In this document: positions 50,185 through 64,000 of the stretch, piece after piece | Numbering within the stretch: the first letter of the stretch is position 1 | Layout of the letters: the number at the start of each line of letters is the position of its first letter | From: Adineta vaga | Taxonomy: Eukaryota > Animalia > Rotifera | Length of the DNA stretch: 64,000 nucleotides | NCBI GenBank assembly: GCA_021613535.1 | Contig: CP075496.1 | Span: forward strand, 11,036,001-11,100,000 | Direction of reading: 5' to 3' | The notes under the pieces: model-generated | The model's input: only the letters and a program-made list of their open reading frames with translations | The model's database searches: none | What the model was told of the DNA's origin: nothing | Made by a program: the position numbers and the translations under genes

Positions 50185-53100
50185 ATGAGTGACGGTTGGT
50201 CAAGAACTCAAAGACAAACATCCATGACCTATGCAGGTATCGGAAATATATGTATGGCGCCGAGTAGCGTAACTGGTTCGAATCGTAGTCGACGGCCATC
50301 ATGGTCTGATGCTAAAGTATAGAAAAAGAAATATTCTGTTTTTTTCATTTTTTATTTACACAAAATTTTCTTGAAAACTCCTACAGAAAGTTTGGAATGC
50401 TGGTGATGAAGAAGAGACTTATTCGGATTCGCATACGCAGATATTAAAAAAACTTGATAATTATTATCGAAAAGTAAAACGTCAAATTCTTGCATTTCAA
50501 AGTTTGACAACCGGTTTATTTCCTAATCATTTGGAACCGGATAGAAAAGTTGGACATGTCGTAGAGAATGTTTTTTGTGCTACTGCTGTTTGGTCATTAA
50601 GACAATGTTATTGTAAAATTGATAATGATCAAGGACGAGCACATGAATTAGGACAAGCAGCAGTTAAATGTATGCGTGGAATACTGAATTGTTGGATGAG
50701 ACAAGCTAAAAAAGTAGACATAAACAAAAATTTAAATGCTTTCTTTTCTTCAAAAACTATACATTTATAGGTAGAAGTATTCAAAGGTGAACAATCAACA
50801 AAAGATGCATTACATTCAACATTTAATGTATTCGATGGTAGTGAAGTCGAAGATGCTGACGAAGTTGGACAATTACAAATATGTGCAATATCAATTTATT
50901 TATTAACTCTAGTACAAATGATAACATCAAATCTTGAAGTAAAAAAATCAATCAACATGACAAAAACACAAAAGTTTTCTTTTTTCTAAGATTATATTTT
51001 CAATTGATGAAGTCAATTTCGTACAACAACTTGTTTTTTATATTGAACGTGCTTATCGTACACCTGATTATGGTATATGGGAAAGAGGAAGTAAATACAA
51101 TACAAACACATGTGAACTACATGCAAGGTAAGAAAGAAAATAACGCTTGCTTTGTGAAAAATGGATTGAGCAACTATTTAGTTAGTATTCGAGAGTTTCT
51201 TGTGACACAATATACATTTAGTTTCTCACTTGTTAAGGTTAGTAAATGGTATTTATCTTGATGAAAACTAACATGTAATGCACTCTGCTCACAGTGCTGG
51301 ATTCAGTGACAGAACAGTTAGTATATGATCATAAAATTGATTTGTTAAAACCGTCATGTAAATTGAGACTAAATGATTTAGTAATTTCTTCTAAGTTATA
51401 AATAAGTTACATATTATGCTTCGCTTGTATTGATATTTGCAACTCATGAAATAAAGTGCTGTTTAACTTCATACTAATGAGAAAGATACGCACCGTTCAA
51501 TACTCTTCGCTTTGCATCTAAAATGAAAAAAAAAGATTTGAAATTGAATTCAGCAATTCTTTTCGCGCAAGTCTTATGTTATTATGAGAACCGTAATATT
51601 AAAATCTTTTTCTATTAATTGTTCAGTTCAATTGGTATGGCTAAAGCTGCACTTGAAGCCATGAATGGTTTTAATTTATATGGTGATAAAGGTGCGAATT
51701 GGTCAGTTGTTTATGTAGATGTGGTATGTAAAAAAAGAATAAAATGTATAAACTTATTAGAAATATCATTTTAGGATGCACATAATCGAAATCGAACAAC
51801 ATTCGATGCACTTCTACCACGAGAATCAGCATCAAAAGTAATTACTTTCTCATCATTAGAAAACAAAGATGATTATAAGGTTCTATTTTTATTAATAGAA
51901 CACCGATGCTGCTCTATTATTGACAGTTAGTTGGCCGACATTTGCTGTTCATGATGCAACACTTGTACAAAATACGATTCGAAAATGTATTAGAAAATTA
52001 CGAGGAACACATGGTTTTAAACGATATTTACGAGATGGACAATATACAGATTTAGAATCTAAAGATCAACGATTTTATGAATCAACTGAAATAAAAGTTC
52101 GTCATTATTTGTCTCAATAAAAGACATCACTAATGAACATTTCATTTTTATACAGAAATTTGATAAAAATGAATGTCAATGGCCTATGTTTTTTGCAGTT
52201 ATGGTTATTGATGGTAAATAAATATATACAATTAATTGTTGAAGAATTCTATTGATTTCTATAGGTATATTTAAAAATAATCAAGCACAAGTTGATGAAT
52301 ATCTAGCTGCATTAAATCCTCTGTTAAGACGAACAACTGAAGGTAATAAATGATTCTTTAATAGATCTTCGACGAATATTTCAAACGAATTTGTCCCATA
52401 CAGAATCCTCTCGCATGAGCTCAATTACTAACACTAAATGCCCAAATTCACCTGTCATCAATAAAAGACAACAAGATGTATTTTTTTCACAAAGCATTTG
52501 TATGATACGATTGTTCATTCGATGAAAATGTTATTTTCCATTAGCTAGTCTTGTTCTCCTCTCGTTACAATTGTTAGTTTATATGTATGAGTGTATTGAA
52601 TGCATTTTTGTTTTTAAATCACTGAATATCAATTAGATAGGCATGAAATGTTTTTATTTTGCACAACGATTTATAATATTAGAATATCAGATTGTATTTA
52701 ATTTTCAATTGATTTGTTTTCTTTTCCTAGGAGGAATGATGGTACATTATTATTATGTTGATCATTCAAGACAACAGAGTAGTGCACAGAGTGAAGCTAG
52801 TGATCGTGGCAATTATCAACAATTACCATTTGCATGTAGTTCAGAGATTCTCAGTGGACATTTTTTTCTATTTGGTCAAGCTGTTTGGCTTATCTCTCAA
52901 TTACTTGGTAGGATAAATCAATACAATTTTGCTAAATTCTTGTTATCATACAAAAATCGTTTTATTCTATCTTCCAGTTGATAAACTACTAACAATCACA
53001 GATCTAGATCCAATTCGACGTTATTTACCACCAAGTGATCGACCAAAACCTAATTCTCGATATTCATCTATACAAGTAAATAATACAATTTCAATATATT

Positions 53101-56038
53101 CTTTTTTCTAAGTTTGTTTCTATTCTCCATTTAGGATTCATTACGCTATCAATATACTCCAAACATACCAAAACCAATTACAAGTTCACCATATGACGTG
53201 ATTGATGCAAAGAAAAACGCTACCGGACTTATAACATCAAACGTAAATAAAATACGATCAACAAGAAGAAACATTGACTATAAAGTTTCATTCTTAGGTT
53301 ACCTTCTCCGATTTAGTGATTCATGTAGTTGCTATCTCAGAATCTGTTCGTCTACAACAAGTCTTAGCGACATACGGTATTCAAACACAAACACCAAAAC
53401 AAGTTGAACCAATATTGATTTGGCCACCAGCAGAATTAGTTAAAGTATGATTGATATCATTAGCGCTAAAAAATGAAGAATTCCTATTCGAATTATATAG
53501 GCTTATACAAATCTGGGTGTGAATAAAAAATTTGGTTTTAGTGGACGTCCTGATCGACCTGTTGGTGTGCTCGGTACATGTAAAGTAAGAGATATATACA
53601 TTTAATATGGTATCCTCATGTTTGATTTTTAGGTTTATAGAATATGCTCAAAAACTGTTCTGTGTTATCCGTTAACTTTTGAAACGACTGATTTTTATAT
53701 GTCCAGTGATATGACTTTATTATTAGATAATATTCGAGTAAATATTTCACTAATAATATCGAACTTTTGAGAAGAATGATTGATAGTTTAAATATATAGT
53801 TTATCGTCTTTTTTAATACAAAATTCAAGCATTTTTCAATGAGAAAATTAGTTGTTTGTTTTTATATTTAGAGTGATTTTGAATTTATTACTAAATGCTG
53901 GCGTCTAAAAGGTCGACCGATATATATCATGATGTTACGTGAACGTCATCTACGGTAATAATCAATAAAAATCACATTTCTATTCTTGAAATATATAAAT
54001 TTAGAGGACCACAAAAATCTGATTTGTTAGAACTATTAACACAAATTCGTCAAGGAAAAGTATCAGCAAATATTTTTGTTCGATTAGAACGTTTACAGGT
54101 ATTTATTATCATTGACATCTCAGATAAATTTCTCATACAATCTTTCTTTCTTTTATTCTAGACTGCAATATCCAGTGCTTGTGTTGAACATTTAGATTTT
54201 CTAAATAATTCAGTATGTTCAACTCTCGATTGGAAATCTGTTGCTGTTCATGAATATAAAAATATTGCAGAAATCGGGCAATATAAATCATTAACCGATG
54301 TATCAAAGACACCTATTGTTGCCGAAGATATTGATTATACCAACCATGTATGTTTAGTTCTTTTAATTGTATGAGAGTGTGTTTGAAAATCATTTTTCTT
54401 CCTTCTTTTTACGTTTAGGAATTTAAAGATCGACATGAAGAAGAATTACGTGAATTTATTTGTAATGCCGAGATATCTTTAAATTCATTGAGAAAACATG
54501 CATTAGCTACCTATGAATTATATAAAATTGGCGGTCTTGATTGGATGATTAAAGATAATTATCGTGTTAAAAATCATCTTGAACATTTATTAAAAGAATC
54601 AATAACATGGCAACATTGGTAACAATCAAATAGAAAATGAGTATGAATACTAGAGAATTCGCTTTTTTTAGGGCTGTTATTCGTTTTGTCTCAAGTCTTT
54701 TACATAGAATGGTCGATAGTTTAGCTCCATCTGTAACAAATTTACTTGTTCGAGGAAAGACAGTAAGTTTTAGAAGAATACATTTCATTGTATTCAATCT
54801 TCACTAAAGGTTACAATTGGAATTTTTGGTTATGACGAAACGATTATTGATAAACCAATACGTCCCAATGAATTCTATAAAATACTTTATAGTGACGCTG
54901 TTTTTGGTCGTAATATATTTCATTCTGTTCTTTTACAAGAATTACTTATCAATGTATCTGTATTTATGTTAACTTCACCGGTTTGTTTATCTTAAATGTT
55001 ATTTTATTTTCAATATTCTTTAATATTTATAGCAACTTTTTAATGGAATACTCAAGTTACGACTTGGGTAAAGAAAATCAAATACTACATTTCATATGTT
55101 ATTGATTACATTCCTATTCTAGGTGGCTTTTCCAAGCAATGAAACTTGCTTTAGAACACTTACGAGCTGATGTTGAAGATACAATAGTAAATTTGTCTAA
55201 ATTTATCTTTCCTTTCTTTTTTGATTTTCTTCTATGAAAAGACATTGAATACTTTATCACCGAATGAAATCAAACAATTACTGTACTATGTTTTAACAAC
55301 TGATGTGCAACAAGCAACATCACAAAATATCGGAGAAGTTGAACAACGGTAAGAAAAGATATTCTCTTCATAAACTGACACTTAATTTGAATTCTTGTAA
55401 TTAGTTCATCGTTTCAAAAACGTCAAATGGATGGAGCATTATGTCGTGTACCAGCTGATTTCTTTGAACATGTTTGGTCAATACTAGAACGGACACCAGG
55501 TGGAATAAAACTATGTGATGCTCTTCTTCCACAGGTAAACATAAAGTTCTTCAACAATAATCGAACTTCATTCTGTGTATGTTTTCTAGCAACCAACATT
55601 ATCTGATATGACTGATTATGAATTAAATTTTTCATTGAAAATCGAAGAAATGCTCAGTCGAATATCTGATCCGGCATATCGATGTCTTGTTGTCGAAGTA
55701 AACTATATATGAATCTTCGCGCTCTATCTATTCTGATATTTATATCTTAGATGTTTGAATTAATCAATGTTCTATTAAAACGTAATTCTGAATTACGTTT
55801 CACTCAAACACTTGATGTTGATTATCTTATAAATGAAGCGGTGAAATTATTTCAACAACAAACAAATTCAAAAAATTCATTTCAAGAATTTTATAATCTA
55901 CCCATGCAATTAGTTGGAGGTTCAACTGGTTATATGGTTCGTGTTATAATTAATTATTTGTTCAATGCAAATCAACAAAATGTCGATACAAATGATTTAA
56001 ATACGGTAGCTAATACTGACATATGCAAAATTTCTTAA
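50185..56038 (+). CDS. PHKB: Phosphorylase kinase regulatory subunit beta (>20 exons)
   Basis: [70 protein letters not shown]-terminal CaaX (CKIS) and an N-terminal RRPS PKA-type site. Confidence 0.95.
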
Positions 56039-56561
56039 TTGCACTTGTGTTCGAGTGTTTTTCTTGTAATTTTAAATACTTATACATATATGAATAGATG
56101 TTAGATATGATTCATATTTTCAGCATTTTAATCAAACGAATCTCCTTGATATACTTTGATAAAATATATTCGTTAGAAAATAACGAGATTAGTTTTTTTG
56201 TTGAAATAAAAAAGATGTTGATTCGTAACGGACGTTTTGTCGGACTAGAATGTTTTCAAGAAAAATACATACATACGATGCTATCGACCAAACTACTCAA
56301 CGAATGTTCACTGTACACGCTATGTTTCTTTTTCAGTAATCGATATTACGAATTCGAATAGTATTATCATTAAAAGTTACCTTAAATAGCAATTCATTTG
56401 AAATTAACGATTAAAACTGAAGTGTAAGAAAATAAAATATGAATTAAGTATTAAAACAGAATTCAACTGCAAGATCAAATTAAAATATTTCGATATTTAT
56501 TTATTAGTAATAAAATATGTATGTTAATTCTCCCAATGAATACATATTCAGATGAAGTTTT

Positions 56562-57784
56562 CTACGTTCCATTACTAGCACCCCATTGAAAATTTTTATT
56601 AATAATTCCATTGATAAGCTCATTTATTGACAATTGGTTTTGACCACTTGAAAATATCTGTTTCAAACAATTTTCAGCGACATCGATTTCATTTTCACAA
56701 TTATTTGTAACTGTATGAAATATGAGTTTATCAATACCAGCCATTTTAGCTGCTAAGATTTGCAATACAATCATTATGGTTCGATCACCACCATAAGCGC
56801 CACAACCAAACCAACCTAAGCAAAATAGCTAATATCATTTCTTTACAAATCAACAGAATTTATTTTACCAGTATGAATATAGGTTTTCAAAGATGCTTTT
56901 ACCGACTGATGTGTTTTTAATTCATAAGCAGTATTTGCTAATACTTTCGCTGCCGAATAAGCAGTAAAACATGCTTGGAGAATATATTCAATTTGTTGAT
57001 GAGTATATGAACCATAACCATATTTTGGTGCTTCAATAGCAATAAGATTAATAATCTGAGGTGGATTAAGAAGTGTATATGAGTTCAAAACAGTCGATTC
57101 AGATGAAGTAGAGAATTTATTACCTATAACAATAGAAAAATATGATCAATCATAATCAATAAGAATAATACCATATAAATTCTTTGTATTCAAATCTACA
57201 GCCCGTTCAACATTACAAATTAAAATTGGATAAGGTGAATTATTTTCAATAACATGTGTATCGAAATATTGATCACCTTTATCTGTTGCATTATCTTGTT
57301 TGATTAAATATTCTCTTAAACATGCTAATAGTGGACATTCAAGAACTTGTAATTCATCTTGTGCAAGTAAGCTACTATGATAATATGAAAAGATATCACA
57401 ATTAGCAAAATTCATATGCCATTCAACAGAATTTGAATCATCGGTAGGTTTATAATCGAATACATTCGATACAAATGAATAAGATTTCGATAAATCATTA
57501 TGTTGATCAAGAGTGTAATGATTTGGTAGTTGTCTTGGATTAAAACGTGTAATTAATAAGTCATATTTTGATGGAACATATTTTTTATTTAGCATCAAAT
57601 CTTCCAATAAAGCTTTCTTATTTCGATCGTTATATTTTGCTGGAAAATAAGTAAATAAATCATATCCATTGATAAATGCAGCATTTTCTAAACTTTCATT
57701 CAATTGTCCATCATTATTACTTGAAAATATGCGTAGTTTTGATTCAGATGATGTAAGTTTTCGTAGATTATATGGTATGGCCAT
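56562..57784 (-). CDS. PARG-like macrodomain protein, non-canonical (3 exons)
   Basis: Exons 57784-57172, 57123-56869 and 56815-56562 join in frame. Motifs EWHMNFAN..SSLLAQDEL, LIAIEAP and IHTGWFGCGAYGGDRTIMIVLQILAA parallel PARG DFAN..QEE, IVAIDA and TGNWGCGAFGGD..K..IQ.LAA. Confidence 0.8.
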
Positions 57785-57819
57785 ATGATTGTGTATGAAG
57801 ATTAATCTAAAAATATGTG

Positions 57820-57843
57820 ATATATATATATATATATATATAT
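57820..57843. repeat. (TA)n microsatellite
   Basis: About 12 TA units just upstream of the PARG-like ATG. Confidence 0.9.
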
Positions 57844-58659
57844 AGAAGACATATTTTCATGTATAAAAATAATAAAAATATGTGTCTATTGCTTAACAAT
57901 ACATAAAACTGAAAATGTGTAAATTCCGTACGAGTAATGGTAAATAAGTAACAACAGGAACAAAAACAAAAGAAATGATGCCGGTACTAGGTTAGACTAA
58001 CTTGATCTCGTAAAACATTTAATGTATGTCAAATATGCGTGGCCTACGAGCAAATAGAACTTCAAAGTCTATATTTGTCATTCTTTTAATCTATTACAAT
58101 GATTATGTTACAAAATCATAGCAAATATAGGATAGACCAAACATTCACGCTTCATTACTTCTTAATTCGACGAATCATCACCTTTCACCAAACATAGTCA
58201 CGTGTAATTGGCCTTTATTCAAACTTCTACAATCTACTTTATCTAAAATATCACGTCGTACACGAAAAAAACATAGCCATATGGCAATCTCCAACTGACA
58301 TGCGTTTATTTTTATTTAAAAGATATTGTACAACATATCTTCAGAATTTATTTTTATTCGATTCAATGCATAAATAATGTATAAAAAAACAATGATCAAA
58401 GACGAACTTCTTTTTTCCATAAATGAAATGAATGTTTTTCGGCTGTCATGATATTCCTAAGTTTGAAAAAAAAAAGAGAAAAACATATGCGTGAAATCAT
58501 TATTATATTATGTTTTAGTTTAGTTTCAACGTCTTCTGTAGATCAAGAGTAATTGTCAGTATGTTTGTTTATTAATAAAATATTTAGAAAATTATTGATA
58601 ATTCTAAATAAAGTCAAAACATATCAACATGCAAATTTATTAAGGATTGAGTGTAATAT

Positions 58660-60856
58660 CTAATTGAAAACAATCGCAGCATCGTACTTAGCACGATCAC
58701 GTAAACAATGTTTGAATTGATCGAATTTTGAGATCGGTTTTTCACTATTAGCATGTGTCTAGAAAGATAAAATAAATGGAATAGATCTGAAAACAAAGAA
58801 GAAAACGAACTCGAAAACCACGAGAAAGATGATCTTTCATTACAGCCATAAATTCATCGTAACTTCTGAAAAAAACAAACAAACAAACGAACGAGTACTA
58901 ATAGAAGAATAATGAGATAATTATTTACAGATGTTGATCATTATCTATATCGAATATTCGAAAGATAAGTGCAATTATATGTGGTTCAAGTTCATATCCT
59001 GTAGAGATTTTGACTGCTCGTTGAAATTCCGCTAGAAAATTAAGATTATGCTTTATGTCCATTAAAAGATGTATTAATACCTTGTGATATTGGTTTATTT
59101 GATAATTTATGAAAACGCATGGCTACATTGAATTCTTCAAGATTTTTAAGAAAGGAAGAAAATTGTTTGTATTCATCGAATGTTATCGCCTATCGTTGTT
59201 ACAATATAAACAAAATAAAAGTAAAAAATCTCAAGTATTTTATCATACGCTTTGTTCATCACTTGTTTTTGCTACTCTTTTAAGTATGAATTTTTTCATT
59301 TCGGTAGGAAAATTAGTATAACGTAAAAGCATTTCTGTAAAATCTGAATCAGTTATTGTTTTGAATCCATGAGAAAATTGATTGAATTCAATTTCAAGAA
59401 TTTCTTGTTGAAAATTTTCAATAAAACTAAATCACAACACATCTATATACATGCTGTGATAGACAAGGCAATATTTACGTCTTGAATTCGGTATAGTTCA
59501 ATGTATCACGACAATTTTTACCAAAAAAATGTACAAGAAGACTTGTATCGGGCTGTTCCGTATGATCAAACTAGAAATAAAGCAAGTGCTTTTACAAGAT
59601 AATTATTTTATCTCTCCTGCTGAGATTATTTTCACTTAAAACTGTATATGAATAGAACTTACATTATAATAAGTATTTATCTTAATCGTTGATTTGGATT
59701 TAGATGAAGAGTCTTTTGATGTCTGTCGACGCATCATACGTTTTTCAGCGATTATTTTTTCAAGCTAAAATGAAAAACAAACGAATCTTCATGAAATTTA
59801 TTATTACTTGAAATATACCACAAGAAATTCACGTTTATCAATCATTTGATTACCTAAATAGATGTTTGAAAATATATTTTACTATGCCTCTTGTATAGAA
59901 AGAAAAAATATGGAATGATGAAAAAGTTCTTCTGATTTCTCTTCTATAAATGAGTTGCTCTTAATATTTTTACCATCAATATCAAACATATGGAATGCAA
60001 TTTGAAATTGTGCTGTTGGTTCTAGATTGACAAGAGATTTTTCTTTTTATTATGAAGAAAATGATGTTTTACTTGTTAAAATCATACATAGAAATATATA
60101 TTCTGAAAATGAAATCAAACCTTAGAAAACAACAAAAAAAGAATAGAGCATGAAATATTCAAGTTCTTTTCCTACCAGAATCTTCAAGATTTCGAAAAAA
60201 TCGATTTGATCCACGCCATTTTGACGGTGTCTTAGATAACATAGTACGAACCATTTCATCTGTAAGATGTCGACGGCCGATACGTGCTAATCAAAACTTC
60301 AATAATTCTAAAAAATTAATTGTAATGAGAATCTTACGTCTAGGTCGATCAGAAATAATTGATTCGAGAAAATCGACTGCTGTCTAAAATAATATCTTTC
60401 AATGAATATTTGAACAAATAGGAGAATGGATTACCATATAAATTTCACCGTCGTATTCAAGCGAACTAAAATCACGAAAACGTTTTCCACGAATATTTGT
60501 GATACTTTCATCTGCATCATCCAAATCATCTGCATCTGTATTCTTTTTGTCATTATTATCATCATCATCGTCGTCGTCCTCGTCATTATCAATCTGATCC
60601 TGTTTATGTTCAGAATAGCGATATGCTTGTGGTGATCTTCCTACATTTCGTCGTTCCTACATAAAAGCAATCATTCATATTGAATGACGGTAAGAAAGTC
60701 TTATTAGCTTACATATTCTGCTGCGTGGACGGTAAATATAGATGACAAACGATTATTTATTTGTGGTTCATTGCAGCGAGTAGAGAAATAGGATGATGCT
60801 ATTGATACGCTTGTTATAGCAAGAGTTTTCCAGTACCTCGTCAAGAAGCTACTCAT
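58660..60856 (-). CDS. MICU3: Mitochondrial calcium uptake protein (MICU2/MICU3 type, EF-hands)
   Basis: Mitochondrial-type presequence, KRFRDFSSLEYDGEIYMTAVDFLESI, GLISFSEYIFL, FQIAFHMFDIDGNQMIDKREF, IFDIDNDQHLSYDEFMAVMKDHLSRGF, FKHCLR. Confidence 0.92.
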
Positions 60857-61616
60857 TACCAATTTATCTGAACAATAAACAAACAAACTTAAATACTGAA
60901 TTTTCTTCTCTCTAGAAGAAAATCAATACGAAGTATTCGAATGATCACTATCAATTCATACTTGATCAGATTGAAAAATGAGATATAGATGAATAAGAAT
61001 GACCAGTTTTGTACTTATGTGAAAACTATTCAACTTGATTATGAAAATTATGTTTTAGGCATTATTTTTACTGCAATAATAGTATCAAGTGATTATTTTA
61101 AAACGAGAATCTAGTATGTTTATTTTGTAATGTAGATCGTCTTCAACAATCTTAGTACTATTATATGCGAATTGATTTTTGTAGTCTTTTCAAATAGAAT
61201 AACATTGCATCCATCACCTATAGTTCTATATATATAACAAAGCAATTAATGTATTATAGATAAGTTTATTTAGCTAACAAATATTTTGAACCCATTGTTA
61301 AAAATTATTGAGCAGCAGTCAAAAACAAAGCACTTTCCAATGCTTCTAACTATATTTTGAATATATTGATGCATGAAAATTGTTGAAGTGTAACTTTGTA
61401 TTTCTATTGGTTATCGATATAATCAATCAAATTTCTTCTAGAAATCGTCCCTCCATATATATTTGCAGAGGCCGACAGGCCAAAAATATAAACCAATCAA
61501 ATCATGTAACTTTACATCATCCATATCCATTTGTTATTATTGTTATTTTTTTCTTCGCATTCGAACTATTCTAAAAGATCTTTATTCTTTTCAGATATTC
61601 CATAACAACATCAATC

Positions 61617-62198
61617 ATGGTGAAAATAATGAAAACCCAAAAAGTAGTCATCGTCTTGGCTGGCCGCTATGCTGGCCGCAAGGCTGTTGTCATTAAAGTA
61701 AAGATTCATGTCAAGGAAATTTCTTGTAAACTAGTTTTCATCTTTCTAGCCACATGATGAAGGTAGTAATGAACGTGGTTATGGTCATGCACTCGTTGCT
61801 GGTATCTCTCGTTATCCACGTAAAGTAACTAAACGAATGGGAAAAAAGAAACAAGCACGACGAAATAAAATTAAACCATTTGTTAAAGTTATTAACTATA
61901 ATCATTTAATGGCTACTCGGTAAAGATTTTTCTGATATTTTCTATTTGATTGGAAAGAAAACTTTCTATTTAGATATACCGTTGATATTAACTTCGAAAA
62001 AAGTTTAATCAATAAGGAAGTATTCCGTGACGCTGGTCTTCGACGAAAAGCTCTTCGAGATGCCAAAGACAAATTCGAAGAACGGTAAAAGAAAATTTCA
62101 TTCCTTAATTTCAAGACAAAAAACCTTTTTCTCTTCTCGTTTCTATTAGATACAAAACAGGCAAACATAAATGGTTTTTCCAAAAATTACGATTCTAA
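61617..62198 (+). CDS. RPL27: 60S ribosomal protein L27 (eL27)
   Basis: [53 protein letters not shown]. Three introns. Confidence 0.98.
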
Positions 62199-62393
62199 AC
62201 CAATGGAAATTTATTCTCAATATCGCGGAACTTTTTTAACATCATCCGAAAGATTTTGTTTTCTGTTTTGATACAAAATAAGAAAGAAAAAAAAAGAAAT
62301 AAAACTAACAACACCTATAAAATAGAAAGAATAGGAGAATAAAGAACTCTATCTACACAAAACATCATCATTCTCTCTAGATATTTGAGTATA

Positions 62394-64000
62394 ATGAATA
62401 TCTCATCACGTTTAAACTGTATTAAACAGTTTCAACTGAAACGCTTATCACATATTATTGATCATTCATTATTATATACTACATCTACAGCATGTCAGCA
62501 TCAACGGCAACAAGTAAATATCTTATTGATTGAAAGAAGAGTGTGCATTTACGATCGTAATTCTCATCGATAGTTGTATCGATGATTAGAAAGAGTTTTC
62601 TTTGAAGAGCATTGATTTTGTTTGAATTTTTCTTAACTTTCATTGTATTAACAGAATGGATCTAGCTGTCGAAGAGCTTACATCTTCATTATCTTTCATG
62701 AATCTCTTGTAATCTAATCTTCGTTTTAGTCTATCCTGTCATCTGATGTAATGAATATACGATCAACTTCATCTTTGATACAAAATTTAGTTGATCATAA
62801 CAGAGTATGTAATTAGTTATAATCATTTTCTTCAATACGTATTTCTATTTTCTTCTAGCCATTTCGAACATGGTTCAAACATGCACTACGTACATTCTCC
62901 ATGGATAAAAAAGAATTTCTTAGTAATAGGTTTTTAGTATTTATTTATACTAATGAGTCATTGTCGAAAATTTAGTGATGTCATCCATTAAAAGTGATCC
63001 TCGCAATTTTCCACCGGAATCTGATAGTGGAAAAGAAAATTCGTCCAACACTGAAAGTTCTTCAACAGATGGTATAGACAACGATCTTCATCTTCGAATA
63101 TTCTCTAATCCATTCGGTTCTCTTTTAGATAATGATCCGAATAAACAACAACAACCACCAACCTCTCCTCCGATAAATCCACGAATAATACTTACGATAT
63201 TTTTGCTTTCCATGATCTTAACTTACATAACTTCAAGTCGAGAAAGACAGCGTGATGCTAATGGAATTTCTCATGGTTATATATCATGGAATGAATTTGT
63301 TCAAGATATGTTATCAAAAGGAGAAGTCAGTTGTATAACTATTCAACAAAAATAAAGAATTTAGTTTAGGTTGAAGAAGTTATTATTCATATAGAAGAAG
63401 AATTGGCATATATTAAATTACATTCACAACCTGTTATCAAAGGACGAAAGGTAATGAAGGATTTTGATTGATTTTATTGAAATAATCTTCTTTTCTTTTA
63501 GCTATTTGATCGAGATACATTTATAATGAAAATAAGTAATGTGGATAAATTTGAAGAAAAACTACGAAAAATTGAATCAGATTTACATATTGATCCAGCA
63601 AATCGAATATTAGTTAGCTATACACGAAATAGGTTAGTTAATGTTGTTGTTTTTTTTTTGAAACAAAAAAGTTCAAACGAATTTTGTTTGATTTTTTTAT
63701 AGTCAATGGCCAGGTGTCATTTTTGTGCTCTCGACGATTTTACTTCTGTTTGCTTTTCTGAGATCTCGTGTAAAAATGAATTTCGTTAATCCAATGGATA
63801 TGATGACGAAAGCTAAATTTACAATGGTAGATCCGCATATAAAAGTTAATATACCGAAAACGACTTTTCGTGATGTTGCTGGTATGAAGGAAGCCAAACA
63901 AGAAGTGATGGAATTTGTTGAATATATGAAAACACCCGAAAAATTTGCCGTATGTAAATTAATTTCTTTGATATACATCGAAATTTTTCTTTTTAGGAAT
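62394..64000 (+). CDS. SPG7: Paraplegin (m-AAA/FtsH protease), 5' part; runs off the window
   Basis: YISWNEFVQDMLSKGEV, NVDKFEEKLRKIESDL, AKFTMVD, TFRDVAGMKEAKQEVMEFVEYMKTPEKF. The ATG at 62394 is less certain than the family call. Confidence 0.88.

Overview
AT-rich, gene-dense eukaryotic DNA with many ~45-70 nt GT-AG introns. The gene content and intron style look like a bdelloid rotifer (inference, not proven). I can support about 20 protein-coding genes, most spliced and therefore fragmented in the ORF track. Conserved metazoan genes: PIM-like kinase, a 4-finger C2H2 factor, RasGRF, an FMNL formin, RPS16, an ARNT/BMAL-like bHLH-PAS, a quiver/Ly6 protein, CDC5L, PDCD5, PRELID3, PHKB, MICU2/3, RPL27 and the 5' part of SPG7. 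The most unusual part is an accessory block at ~31.7-39.8 kb. It holds a pseudo-receiver/R-S-E ADP-ribosyltransferase/TPR gene, two secreted proteins built almost only from fungal-type cellulose-binding modules (CBM1), two small single-pass membrane proteins, a divergent FUN14-like gene and an orphan. Other notable items: a non-canonical, probably foreign PARG-like macrodomain gene, a ~370 bp foldback palindrome in a RasGRF intron, operon-like runs of genes ~150-250 bp apart, a 24-nt formin microexon and a candidate intronic C/D snoRNA. All gene models and family calls were made by eye; no database searches were run.
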